From assembly GCA_973895155.1 (NCBI GenBank), contig OZ316897.1:16119375-16183374 (forward strand): DNA of 64,000 bases, given 5' to 3'. Positions 24,701 through 37,500 of the stretch are shown piece by piece. The position numbers and the translations under genes were made by a program. Positions within the stretch are counted from its first letter, which is position 1. Every line of letters starts with the position of its first letter. Under the pieces are notes generated by a model. That model worked only from the letters and a program-made list of their open reading frames with translations, was not told where the DNA came from and made no database searches. Source of the stretch: Marsupella aquatica (taxonomy: Eukaryota; Plantae; Marchantiophyta).

Positions 24701-26556
24701 TAATTGATAAGAAGAAACTGAAGAACGAAACGATCGAATCAGGAAGAGAAGGACTGCGATTGAACCTGAAATGAAAACAAAGATCCAAAGAGGCCATGGC
24801 GAAGTGAAAGCGTAAGCCAGGAGAAGCGAAGAAGAAGATATAAAACGCAGCAGAAACACGATCGGGGCAGAGAAGAGCGGAAAGGCAGCGACTTGAGCAG
24901 AAGAAAAAGGCAAAAGCAGATCGATCGAGACAGAAAGAAAAGTGGAACTGAACCCCGATCTAAGGCCGAAAACTCACAAGCAAAATAGAGAATTGAAGCA
25001 GTAGAAGCATCGGGAGGCACTGGCGAAAGAGAATTGACAAGGAGATTTGAAAAGCACAGAAAGAAACATCGAGAAACAAAATTGAAAAGAAATAACAGAA
25101 TCGAATAGACTGAAGAAGAACCGATAAGGACTTGAGCATAGAATGACTGAGAACGACTGAGAAAAGGCATGACTAAGGCAAAAATCAAAAATCAAAGAAC
25201 GAGAAATAGAAGCGCCGGCCCCGGAAGGAACTCAAAACTGAAATCGAACAAGGTCAACTTTCATTGTTGAATAGCTCTCGTTCTGGCTTGTGCTGCAGGT
25301 GGTTTGCCTGCTTTCTTGTTTCTTCGAAAATGAACTTCATGCTTCAAGAGATGAACAGTGGGGCTATCGTTCTCGTTCTCGTTCTCACTCATGCTGCAGG
25401 TTGTTTGCTACTTTGATCAGAATGAGTGCGTTTGGCTGCTTCCTTGTTTGTTTCCTCGAAATTCAACTGCATACTTCGAAAGATGAACAGTGATGTAGTA
25501 ATGTAGAGAGAGGGAGCCAGAGAGGGTGGTCCGCATGGGGGACGGAACCTTTGGGAATGAGGCAGGCAAGCGGTGAGTTTGCCTGCCTTCTTGTCGGAAC
25601 GAGCTCCAACGTTGTTGTTGTTTGATTGCATGCATTCTCCCGAGCTCTCGATGCTGTTCGAGGTGTTGCTTGGTTTCCCTGACATTCGATCGTCGGTGCC
25701 CGAGAGACGTGGGGATCATGCGAGTAGGGCAGCTCTAGATAGTGTCATAGGCTCTACTTCCTTTCTAATGGTACCCCGCAGACACAGATGATGGAGCGTT
25801 ATGCTCTGTCTAGCTGAGCTCCCAGGCCCCGTCGTAGCTTACTGCTGCTCCTGTGGCTCACACTGGAGTAAAATTTGCGCCAGAGGCTAAACAATACTTT
25901 TGTGTTCCGTTCGAGAACATAGCACGCGCGGGTGCTGATATTCTGGAATCCAAGTTCATTTACTTGGCGAGGACCGCAACGACCTTTATTCCCTTGAGCA
26001 GCAGCTTTAGATACTAGTGTCCCAGGCTTTCCTTCCTTTCTTCGTATCAGAACTCCGTCGTCGCTCTGCATGGAGAAATGGAGCTCAGCAGCGCGCGGAT
26101 AGGGGTGATGAAGCAGTGGGATCCCTCTCTCATCAACTCCTTCCTGGCACCTGTTCTCCTGCGGCTGTTTATGTTCTCAAACGTGGATCCCATCATCCGC
26201 TAGGCTAAATAAAATTCAGGTTCTGCCCTGCGTTCATATCTGTGCTTGGTTAACATGCAGATACTTTCTCACTATCCCGGCCAACCCGAGAGGATTTTGT
26301 TGTCCATCTCAAACCCTCATGCAGGTGCTTTCGCAGTAATCCCACGCAATAATGCATATCTTTTGCAGCAGCTTCTTCAGATACTATCGTTGTATATATT
26401 CTCACAGCTCCATGGCTGCGTGACTAGATGTGCATGATATTAGTTGCTTCCATTGAGATATTTGTACACTCTGTTCCATCCCGAGGTCAAATTAAGACGT
26501 CTGAGTCAGTTCAATGGACTTATTGGATGCAAGTGCGGTTTGAAAATGAGGGCAAT

Positions 26557-26805
26557 ATCATCAGCGTGTCTGGTGTTGTGCCCGATGAGCTGATGACCGG
26601 CCTACTCTCCGCTTGTCGGAGCGGCCAATTCGATCGGGCCTAGGCTGTGGTGACCAATGTTATTGCAGAGGGGCACCCTGTGTCGCAGATTTTGAGCCAG
26701 TTGTTCGGTTTGGTTATTAAAGCGCCAGAAATCACCGATGAGCAGAAGGCCCGCATTTTTGAACGAATCGCTGAGGCCAATAAGTGTCTTATCGATGGAG
26801 CTGAA
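26557..26805 (+). pseudogene. Intronless fragment of a replication factor C small subunit (RFC4/yeast Rfc2-type C-terminal domain)
   Basis: IISVSGVVP...LLSACRSGQFDRA*AVVTNVIAEGHPVSQILSQLF...ITDEQKARIFERIAEANKCLIDGA. It has an in-frame TAG at 26641 and is truncated at both ends. Confidence 0.8.
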
Positions 26806-28847
26806 AGACAGTCAGTCGAGCCATCCTTCCAGTGACCCTGGGAATAGTTCTTGGATCCGCTTTAGACACGAAAACATGTTTAAGACAACATATTACAGTG
26901 CCGGACCCAAAGCAAAGAATTGGTGGTCGTTATCCCATTTCAATAATATCATGAAATGTATCATTCGGTGAATTATCCATAGTTTTCCAGGAACCTTCCG
27001 ATCCAATCTGAATCATCAAAAAGCTTTGTCGCAATGGAGTGGTGCTTATCCTAATTGTCTACATTTGTCCAGGGACTAGATGTCTGTACATATAAAAACT
27101 GTGCAAGATTACAAATAATTTAGTAGCTAAGAAATTCGGCGACAAGAAGCATCTTTTGTCTAATTGTCAGTTCAATGGACTTATTGGATGCAAGTGCGGT
27201 TTGAAAATGACTTGTGCTATCTCTTTCGGGTGTATCCAGGTTAATCGATACTGCGAAGAGGCTTGCATAAGAGATGAATTTTGAAAGTGGAGAATTGTAG
27301 CAAACAACAGTGTCGCGAAGACAAACTACGAGGACTTAAGCTCGAAGCAAACTGTCGTCTATGTCGAGCAGAAGCGTGCGTGTGTTCGGCCGCTTGGCGA
27401 TGGACGTGTGCATTTGAAAAAGGACGTTACGATTGTGGATCCGTAAGTTGCTCGTGTTCTTTGTCGTTGCGTCTGGTTTTATTATCTGTTTTCGCCTTAG
27501 TTTGGAGGCTTTTTTACAAAAAGTGCATCTAAGAATTCTATACCACGAGTCTGAAGCGCGAAAGAATGTTCGCATAGATCTACAGTGCTGCCCGGTGCGT
27601 GTATTGATTTATCTCGTTTCAGGACCTCAACTGCGTTCCCAAAGTGAATTACCAAGTTCTTAGACTTTATAATGTGCAGGGTGCATATTGATAGATAAAC
27701 CTACCCCAAGTTTTTGATATCGTTTGTAATCGTGTCCTAGGGAGATTGTTTACTTGTTGGAAATGCCAAAAACTTGCGCCTAGTACAGCCAAAAACCACA
27801 GCTGTGACATGGCGCCTGCCAGTCGCTAGCCGCAACAACCGCTGAAAAAGCATCTTAACTTAAGAATGTTAAGTCACACACTTTGTATATATTGAGAGTA
27901 CAATATCTGAGTCTCAGTTTTATACCCAGATACCCGTACAGTGTGCAAGGAACACCTCAATTAGTGTGACTTCATGTGACCTATAATTAGAGAGACACCT
28001 TAAATAAAGTGAGTCACGCTACCTATACTTAGAGCCTATAATTAGACTGAAATTTATAATCAGATGTATTTTATAGGCTAAGCTATTTTACTAAAAATTT
28101 GCAAAGCTACTTAAGGCCTATGGTCTAGAGTTGGCAACTCCCAATAAAGACAAAACTGATAATGAGTCTTTAATAATCAAAGAACTTAAAAAATGAAGAT
28201 AAACAAAAAAAACAGTATGGGGGAGGGTGGACAAAGAACTAGATGGGCAAAGATGAACCCAAATTAAAGCATACTTAGAATTGTTTCCATGCAAGCTTTT
28301 TCTTTCTTCGTATCTCTACTTTCAAGGAATCTTGGGTAAGAGGCCTAGTTAGTGTAACTTACTAGAGTTGGACACTTTATCTAATGGAACGTTTGTTCCC
28401 GCGTTTGTTTGGTACTCACACAAGTCTTCTTGCAGAAAGGGCATGGTGTGTCGGCCGACTTACTTAATGGTGTTTGGGAAGTTGGACGTGAGTTTTCAAG
28501 TTACCTAGAGAAGAGAAGCTCCGAATAAGTTAAACAGTGCTTCTACATACAGGTTTGTTGTCTCCTAACTTTCAAAAAAATAGTATACTTAGAGCCTATA
28601 ACTAGACTGAAATTTATAATTAGGTTGACACCTGAAATAAACTTAAGTGAGTCACAATTTTATGTGAGATGTATTTTATAGGCTAAGCTATCTTACTAAA
28701 AATTTGCAAAGCTACTTAAGGCCTATGGTCTAGAGTTGGCAACTCCCAATAAAGACAAAACTGATAATGAGTCTTTAATAATCACAAAACTTAAAAAATG
28801 AAGATAAACAAAAAAAAACAGTATGGGGGAGGGTGGACAAAGAACTA

Positions 28848-31800
28848 CACTGCTCACCGCCATTAGTCTTATGTCACAAATAGTGTTATACTCAATTAAT
28901 GTTAGTAAGTCTAAATCAAGTGAAGGGGTGTTTTGACAAGAAAATAAGAGTAATTGTGGATCTTTTGTAACTGTAAATAGTATTTGTGATTTACACTAGG
29001 TTATGGTAAAAGTGGGCAGGTGCAGTTGACATGTCAGTCTGAAAGCTTGCTGACAACAACGTGGACCAATAAAGCCACATGCATTGGACAACTAGTGTGA
29101 TGGTTGCATGCATCACTAGCTCTCTACGTAATATTTTTCTTGGATTTTCCTCACTATACTGTAGTAAGATTCTACTCACAACATAAAATCTCATTGACTT
29201 TTGTTTGAGGCCATGCAAAAACGGGGCAAAGTTTTGAGTCGCTCCAAATTGTACAGTAGCTCTCTATCCTGACAATGAATTTTCTGTTGTAAAGCTTTGT
29301 CGTGACAAGTCCACATCGGCAACATTTGATTGCAATCCCCTTTGAGAACGCCTGAATTTTCTCAAAATTACAAATCTCATTGACTTTATTTGCTACCATG
29401 CAAAAACGGGGCAAAGCTACGGGGGAAATTTGAGCTCACAGTGCTCCGATCATTGATGTGATTCAAACATTGACAGATTGGAATGAATTGTGTGTCAATA
29501 TAAGGGGCTGAAAGATTTATAACTTGCACATTTCAAATCTGGGAGGTTCCCATACGTCTTGCTTGCTGATCAAATTATTGATTATTGCATGCCCCTTTGA
29601 GACTTGTACGTAGCTGAGAATCGAGTTGATCTTTTGATTGATCTGCAAAGACAATAGATAGAGAGTGTGCTTGTGTATTTTCAATGATTCACAGTTGGCT
29701 TGCTATCATCGAATTAGACCATTTCAAACAGCTGAGGCTGTTGTCAAGCTTTCTTGAGTATTTTTTGCATTTGCAAGAAAGAACCGTCTGCAGCTAAGCT
29801 GATCCACGAGGTGAGGTGAGTAGCTTTGGTTTGATTAAAGCTGAATCTTTAGTTTGCTTTCAACTTATTTTCAATCCATTCGATCAATCAAACATTGAGT
29901 TGAAGTGGAACTTGTGTTTGAGCAGCAATTTCTCAATCTTGTGAGCTTGCAGGTCCAGGTGCAGGTCAGGGTGTTCAAGTTAGTTCAAGCTATTGATCAC
30001 AGATAGGCTCGTATGGCTCTCCCCTTTTAAGTGCATGGAGACATGCAAGGCAGCCCTTGCCTCCGGTTCTGTCCACTGAAGAGGCTGAACATGGAACCGA
30101 AGAGCAGCAAGAAGAGTAGCAAGAGCAAGTCAACCAGCAACCACTATCGATTCAGGCTGAAAGATCTCGTACATTACAACATGTCTGCACTAAGGCCCAA
30201 CGAGTGAAGGTCATTAAGTGCAGGCTACAGTTCAATTTAGAGGAGGAGAGGAACGATTGATTGCCACTGATGCAATTAAACAATTTCCAAAGTGTTTTTG
30301 TTCTGCTAGTGCAACTGCAAACATTGTGAAGGCATCACGTTGGTGGAAGGAACGGGAAAGTATTCTGGAATCTTTCAAGGTAGACAAGATGTGTGTGAGC
30401 CGATCATTTCATGATGGGAGGAAACGGACAGAGTTGAAGGCGGGTCCAGGTAGGGGGAGGAAAGCAGCCGCTTGGACTACTTGGTTGTACCCTATCGTGA
30501 GAGATGAGTTTGAAAGATTAAGGTCTGCAGGCCTGAAATTCTCACCCAAGGTACTCCTTCTAGTTGCTAAAAATGCATTAGTGACAAACAATCATCCCAC
30601 TTTCTTTCCGCAAGCTATCTTGGATGATGATCCAAGACCTCTGACAGATAGAATAACCCCCAGGTGGGTCCAGCAATTCCAAGAGCGAAATAACATTGTC
30701 CATCGTTCTCAGACCGGTAAACTTATGGTTTCCCCTGCCAAGCAAGAGTTCATAGAGAGAAGAGTAGCTTTCCACATGGGATTTCTTGCACGTGGTTTTA
30801 GATCTGGAATCTTGGATGAGAATGACCAGGAGAATATGGATGAGACTCACTTTTGTGTCAATATGGACAACGGGAAGACGTTAGGTTTCAGAGGAGACGA
30901 AAATGTGAAATATGCAGATATTGTTAGTGGAGGAGTTGGAATTACCATGGTAGTAAAAGTCACAGGAGGGGTTCAAGGGAAAATTGGGACCCCTTTCATG
31001 ATTTTTCAGAATGATCATTGTTCTTATCCAATTAGGGGAGTTCCTGATAATGTGCCAGGTGTATGCTACCGCTCCACAACATCCTCGTTTATGACTTCAA
31101 AATGTCTGACAGAATATTACAAGGATGGGAGGGTCAATTGGGCAGATCCTAGTGGACATAGGAAAGTCCAATGGATGGATAACTACCCAGGGCACAAAAT
31201 TCTTCCGGATACCGAGACAGCGTTGGAGCACATTAACATGGAGGTGAGAAGATTCCCTGATAATGCTACTCACTTGGTACAACCCTGCGATAGCTTTGTA
31301 ATTTCAAAAATCAAAGATGCCTGGACACGAAGGTGGGAGGTGAAGAAAATGGAGCTGATCAGGGATAGTCAATGGCAGGGTGATGGAAGGCATGGTACAA
31401 GTGGTATGCTCATTAATCCAGGGAAATTTTTTTTCTTGCAATTGGCAGCTGACTCTGTATGTGATGTCAACAGGCAGGTTGACAAACATTACAGAATAAG
31501 TTATGCCAGAAAATCTATGATTAGAACTGGTCTCTCCTTAAATCTCAATGGGCTGTGGGAAGAGGAGCAACTTTCACCAGAATTACAGCAAGTCATTGAG
31601 AAATATCGGTGGAATTTTAACAGAGGGTTGCAAGGTCTGTTAGATATTGATCCACGATTGCCCCTAACAGAAATTCCTTTGAATGTTGGAGAACCCTCAG
31701 CTCAGGAAGACCTTGACAGTGATGAAGTTGATGAGCTTGACAGTGACGAAAATGAGGACTCCCTGCAATTGCCTCACGAACCTGAACCACTGGAGGCGCT

Positions 31801-32622
31801 TGAGAATGGAGAGCTAGTAGAGATTGAACCAATAGCACCGGTAGAGAACTCTGCAGATGCTGAGTTTTGGGAATACCTTTCCTCCCAGTATGGTTTAGAC
31901 GAAAATGCTTCAAATTGACATGTTCAGTTTTGAATATTTTGTAATTGCAGTTTACCCGGGCCTTGACCAATTTTGTAATTGATATTTCATTCAAAGGAAA
32001 AAATTATTTGTTAATTGCATTTTGAAAGATTCTGCGCACAGCTTCAAATTGACATGTTGTTCAGTTTTGAATATTTTGTAATTGCAGTTTACCCGGGCCT
32101 TGACCAATTTTGTAATTGATAGTTATTCAAAAGAAAATATTATTTGTTAATTGCAGTTTGAAAGATTCTGCACACATCGCTCACAGCGCTTTTGCAATTG
32201 ATTCTTAAATTGATTCACATAATAATTACTTTGATAGTTAGTGACATCATCGCTGGTGAGATCAACAGTTTCCAAGACTTTTTGAGCATTTTGGGGAAGA
32301 AAACAAATATGCTTTTGGCAGATCTATGAGGACAGGTGTCTGTTTTGAGTGCATAAGTTTTGAGTGCAATGGGGATTCACAAATACAGTACAGTAGTGTT
32401 TTTCCATACCCCTAAATTTTAATTTCATATCATGATGATGTTTTGCAAACACTGTGAAGTAATCTTACCAAAACACCTGAATTAGCATTAGCCACATTCT
32501 ATTTAATGCGCATGTAAATAGTATCACTCCAAAATTAACATTGGTAAGGTTAAATCTCGATAGGTCCAAATCTTGAGCACTCACCCAAATAGAATTAGTA
32601 AGACTAATCACGGTGAAGAGTG
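28848..32622 (+). mobile_element. Tc1/mariner-superfamily pogo-type DNA transposon (3775 bp)
   Basis: TIRs are CACTGCTCACCGCCATTAGTCTTA and the reverse complement CACTCTTCACCGTGATTAGTCTTA (20/24 match). TA TSD at 28846-28847 and 32623-32624. The empty site AGAAC-TA-GATGGG is visible in the paralogous copy at about 28235-28247. Confidence 0.92.
30050..31918 (+). pseudogene. pogo-type DDD transposase (CENP-B-like HTH plus DDE_1 domain), damaged at the N-terminus
   Basis: ORF 30218-31918 contains WVQQFQERNNI (HTH), NMDETHF, WMDNYPGH and VQPCD (DD36D by manual count), plus an acidic tail. The upstream part is in another frame and contains a TAG. Confidence 0.85.
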
Positions 32623-33439
32623 TAGATGGGCAAAGATGAACCCAAATTAAAGCATTCTTAGAATTGTTTCCGTCAAGGTTTTTCTTTCTTCACTTTATCT
32701 AATGGAAAGTTTGTTTGGTACTCACACAAGTCTTCTTGCAGAAAGGGCATGGTGTGTCGGCCGACTTACTTAATGGTGTTCGGGAAGTTGGACGTGAGTT
32801 TTCAAGTTACCTAGAGAAGAGAAGCTCCGGATAAGTTAAACAACGCTTCTACATACAGGTGTGCTGTCTCCTGACTTCAAGTTCTTCCTGCTTTTTGTGT
32901 GGTCCCTAACGTGATTATTGAACCCTAAACTCCTTGCTATTTTCTAATATAACTTTTGGTCATTTAATTTGGCATTTACTCTGTTGCGGTCCTTTTAAGA
33001 CGGTTTAGTGTGCTTCGAATCCTGACCAACTCCAAATCATAGCCATGTCTGAATTGCTTTTTGTCATTACAATTTTGAATTGCAACAAAGATCCTCATTT
33101 CGTAAAGAACATGAAGAAAATAGTTTTAATATATACATATATATATACAAATATATCTTTATATTGACTGAGTATTAAACCTATATAATTCATTAGATTA
33201 GATCGATTACATGGTTCTATAGTTGCCTGTACCAATTCACAAACTAAGGCGGTAGGCCGCTTGCTTACGATAGCTTCCAAAGATCTCTGAGACATTACCC
33301 AAATTTTCTTCCAGACAAATTGTCTTGGACAAATTTCTTGATTCGGCTAACATGGTAGCTTTTGCCCACACCCATTTACTTGCGGGTTTACTTGGGTGTC
33401 TCCAACACCACCTAAACCGTATTATCGTGTGAATGATGC

Positions 33440-34450
33440 GATAGGGTTTCGCATACCTAGGAGAACTATACCTTGATTGGTAACTATACCTTAATGTAAG
33501 TATTGCTCTAACCAAAATACCTGGGAGAACTATGCCTTGACTTGGTACAAGTCTTGGAAGAAGTTGCAAGAGGACTCCTCCTTGCCGTTAACTTGGGAAA
33601 GCCTAGTTGAGAGTCTTCGTGCTCATGTCACCACTAAGTATCTAGAGCGGAACGCTTAATAGAAATGTGTAACGTAAATGAGCTTTAGGGGTGATACCCA
33701 AAACTGGGAGAACTATGCCTTGACTTGGTACAAGTCTTGGAAGAAGTCGCAAGAGGACTCCTCCTTGCCATTAACTTGGGAAAATCTAGTTGAGGGTACG
33801 TCTTCGTGCTCATGTCACCACTAAGTACCTAGAGCGGCACGCTTAGAGATGTGTAACGTAAATGAGCTTTAGGGGTGATATCCAAATGATCATCACTTAT
33901 TATCAAAACCAATTGGTGTGTATCCCGACGGGGCAAGAGACACTACATACACAACTGCACAACTTTCTAGTGATTCACGTGTGGCGCCATGGGTCATCAA
34001 AGTAAGGATTGTTCCACCAAAGGTGGCAAGCCGAGCGGAGATGGAGGGCAGAAGGGCATTAAGTAATGCTCTAACCGAAATACCTAGGAGAACTATGCCT
34101 TGACTTGGTACAAGTCTTGGTAAATGAGCTTTAGGGGTGATATCCAAAATCTCATCACTTATTATCAAACCAATTGGTGTGTATCCCTTAGTAGTTGATG
34201 AGGTCCCTGTAGGGGATATGCCTGTCGGAGAGAAGGTGTTGTTGCGAGAGAAATTACGTAAGGTTATGACTATAAATCCTAACAAGCCGATTTTTGTGAA
34301 TGTCACAAGTTCTAACGGTAATCTGGGTGTTGCGTTGGTGGATACAGGCGCGACCGCTTGCTTCATGAGTGGCATCACCTTCGAGTAGTGTTTATGGCAT
34401 GAATTTTGAGTAGTGTTTGGCGCTCTGCTAACTTGGTTGGAGCCAAGCAA
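33440..34450 (+). pseudogene. Scrambled LTR-retrotransposon gag/protease relic
   Basis: A Gag-like segment ENYALTWYKSW...LTWESLVESLRAHV is repeated at about 33525 and 33708, with a partial copy at about 34088. A protease motif GVALVDTGATACFMS lies at about 34326-34370, followed by a stop. Confidence 0.7.
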
Positions 34451-34582
34451 CCAACTCTTCTTGGTAACTACGAGATTGTGATAAGCAAGTCTCGTTTCTG
34501 AAATTTCATTGAGCGAATTTTGGATGGACCCTAGCTAAGAAAACTGACGAGTTCATAATCCTTTGCATAGGTCTCCCAAAAA

Positions 34583-37500
34583 ATGTCACGGCGTACAATG
34601 TCCGAGAAGAGACATGCCGCACGAAGGCGTGCAATAAACACCTGTGCTGAGTCATTGAGTCCGTTATGTCAAGGATGGGCCTCAGTCCCATTTTATCTCC
34701 AAGAATGGAGAGAAGTCTGCCAAAAGACAATCCAAGGCATGAAGGTGTGCAGGATGTGCGGACTAGTTCGATACGGAAACACTCCGAGGATCGACAAGAC
34801 ATTCACCACCGTACCAAAGGTGAACATGACGCCGTACGACATTTGCAACGCATTTGTCAACCAGTACATTGAGAACCAAGATGGAACAATCAACGTGTGC
34901 GTGACTTGCGTGCGAAACCCCGCCCGTATCCAGATAAAATCCTTCATATCTCCGCAATATGCGATCGACATCCTAGCCGTGAAGCCGTTGTACATGCAAT
35001 TGCTCTCGCTAATCGACTGTCGATTAGGCATCATACAAAAGTACAATGGCTTCCACTCTGGCTTCTACAAAAAGGAAAGCCTCCTTGACAACCCGCTCAT
35101 ATCCTGGAATCTCGACACGCTAGAGTGCAATAATCGAGAGGAGATCATGCGACAGATATACAAGGTCATGGAACTCAATTTGACGACCAACCAACTTTTC
35201 AGAAGATAGGTTTCATTGGTCGAGTTGCCAGACCCATCACTGGGACTGTGCATCCTAAGTTCCGACGGAGTAGAGAACATCATCAAAGACAAGAGGGCAA
35301 AGGGAATCACCACGAGATCCATGAACTTTGACCCATTCATCACCGACTCGGAAGGACTATCGAACGATCCACAATTGACATTGGAAAATGCAATGTTCCC
35401 GTTCTTGTTCGTCCACTCGAGGGGTTTCCATCGAGGACAACTCAGCTTGATCGACTACATGAAACGGAGGACACAACAGTTGTTCAACATATTCACTTTG
35501 TACAAGCCATACATGCTTATCATGTACCAATTGCGACAGGCCAGCCAAGTAGCAAGCATGAGCAGGACGATAGTAATTGACAAGGAATACATGCAGATCA
35601 AGGAGAGGTGCCCCCACTTTAGCGAGAAGGAAATATACAAAATGCTGATAAAAAAGACAATCACGCAGGCCGTTCCTGGGAGCCCGGCGTGGCATGGAAG
35701 ACACCTCGACGACCTCAAGTGCATGGTGAGAAAATGGGGACTGCCCCACTTCTTCCTCATGCTCACTTGCGACGAGCTCAGCAACACCCGTTGGCCTGAG
35801 ATCGCCGACCTCGAGAACCTCGTGAAGAGGATGAATCCGACCTTCTCATGGAAAGATTGTCCTGTCGAATGCGCCGTGCTCTTCCATGAACGAATCCAAC
35901 GTTTTTTCAGGGATTACATTTTGTCGAAACGCGCCATAATCGGAAATGTGATCCACTACGTCATCAGGTACGAGTTGCAGGGCCGTGCATCACTCCACAA
36001 CCACACGGTGCTATGGGTCAAGGATTGCGACGTCGATCGAGTCACGAACGAAATTGCCACATTCATCCCTGGCAGATTCAACTCGACATCCGGCAGATTC
36101 AAAGAGCCGAATGGACTCGAAGAAAAGACCCTATATCGCAACGTGGTGACGAAACAACTTCACTACTGCAAGGAGGGCTTGTGCTTGCAAAGGCACTCCC
36201 AAACCGGCCTCAAGTACTGCAAGTTGGGTTTCCCCCAAGAAACTCACCTTGACAAAGATGCGGCCATCGACCCCGCCACAGGGAAATGGAGGTACCATAG
36301 GCCAAGCGACCACCACCGAAATGTCGTGCCATACCACCCGCTCGTGTTGCTATTGTGGGGCGCGCACATGAACCTGCAGCGCGTCACAAACGTGGCCTGG
36401 TCATTCTATTTGCTCAAGTACGCGATCAAATGCGAGCCCCTGGGATCACTCCAGCTCAATGCGAACGATGCGCGCACTCTAGGACTCGAGGACCTGTCTG
36501 AAGTCCAACTCAAGCTCGTCAGCGGAGCCGTCCTGTCTCGAAGCGTGTGCGCCACGGAGGCGGCCTTGACGTGCCTCAAAATCAGCATCATCCATCGCTC
36601 GGAGACAGTGGCGTTCATGGACTCGTCGCCTCCAGAACTGAGGTCCGCCATCTACCGTAAGTCCTCAGGGATATGTTTGCATCCCACCAGACTCTACGCA
36701 CAGAGGCCCGAGGATATGTTTGCAATGTCCTTCTACGACTACTTCACCAACCACGAGGTCCTCACCAATAAGAAAAGCACCACCAAAGACTACGTCGGCA
36801 GGGATTTGCAAGGCAATTTTGTGTATCGGACGGATCGGCTCGTGCAATTTTCGGAGTATCATCCAGTATACAAGATGAACGGTTTCTTCTACAACTACCT
36901 CCTGAAGGTCGTGAGATTCCGTGCAGAAGGCGAGATTCTCCTCAAACCCATAAGCGAGACATGGAGCTACTTGCACGAGTGCATACACCGCAAGTTGATA
37001 ACCAGCGTCGACGACGTGCACAAGTTGGTGCTTGAGTATTGCGCATCGCACCTCTACTCCACCCACCACACATCCCACCTGCTGCAGGAGCTGAACGAAA
37101 AGCTTCCCCACCAAATTTTCAACGACGCGGCCACATTCCAAGCGGTCCCCACCGTCGCCGTAGAGAAACCGATCGGCGCGGTGCTCAACGACAAAACTCT
37201 CCCGACCGTCAATTTGACTCCGGACCAAATCAGAGTGTTTGAGGCACTCAAGGATGTCAAGAGCGGTCTGTTCATGATCGATGGAAATCCGGGATCCGGC
37301 AAGACTTTCTTCATCTCTTTCATGAACAAATACTGGACATATAAAGGGAGGAAGGTGAAGATGTGTGCCACCACGGGCGCGGCTACCATAAACCTTCATG
37401 CGGACACGGTGACAATGCATTCCTTGTTCAGCATTCCAATACACGGAGAGCTCAGGCCTCTGCACATCACCAGTTCCCAATACCGCATCTTGAGGAACAA

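Larger units (their letters stand above)
28024..32880. repeat. Tandem duplication of an approximately 560-bp unit; the second copy is split by the pogo element
   Basis: Copy 1 spans about 28024-28575. Copy 2 spans about 28584-28847 plus 32623-32880. Confidence 0.85.

Noticed and set aside
24540-25200. Hydrophobic minus-strand ORFs resembling membrane proteins
   Set aside because: They are an artefact of an A/G-rich low-complexity plus strand giving F/L/S-rich translations.
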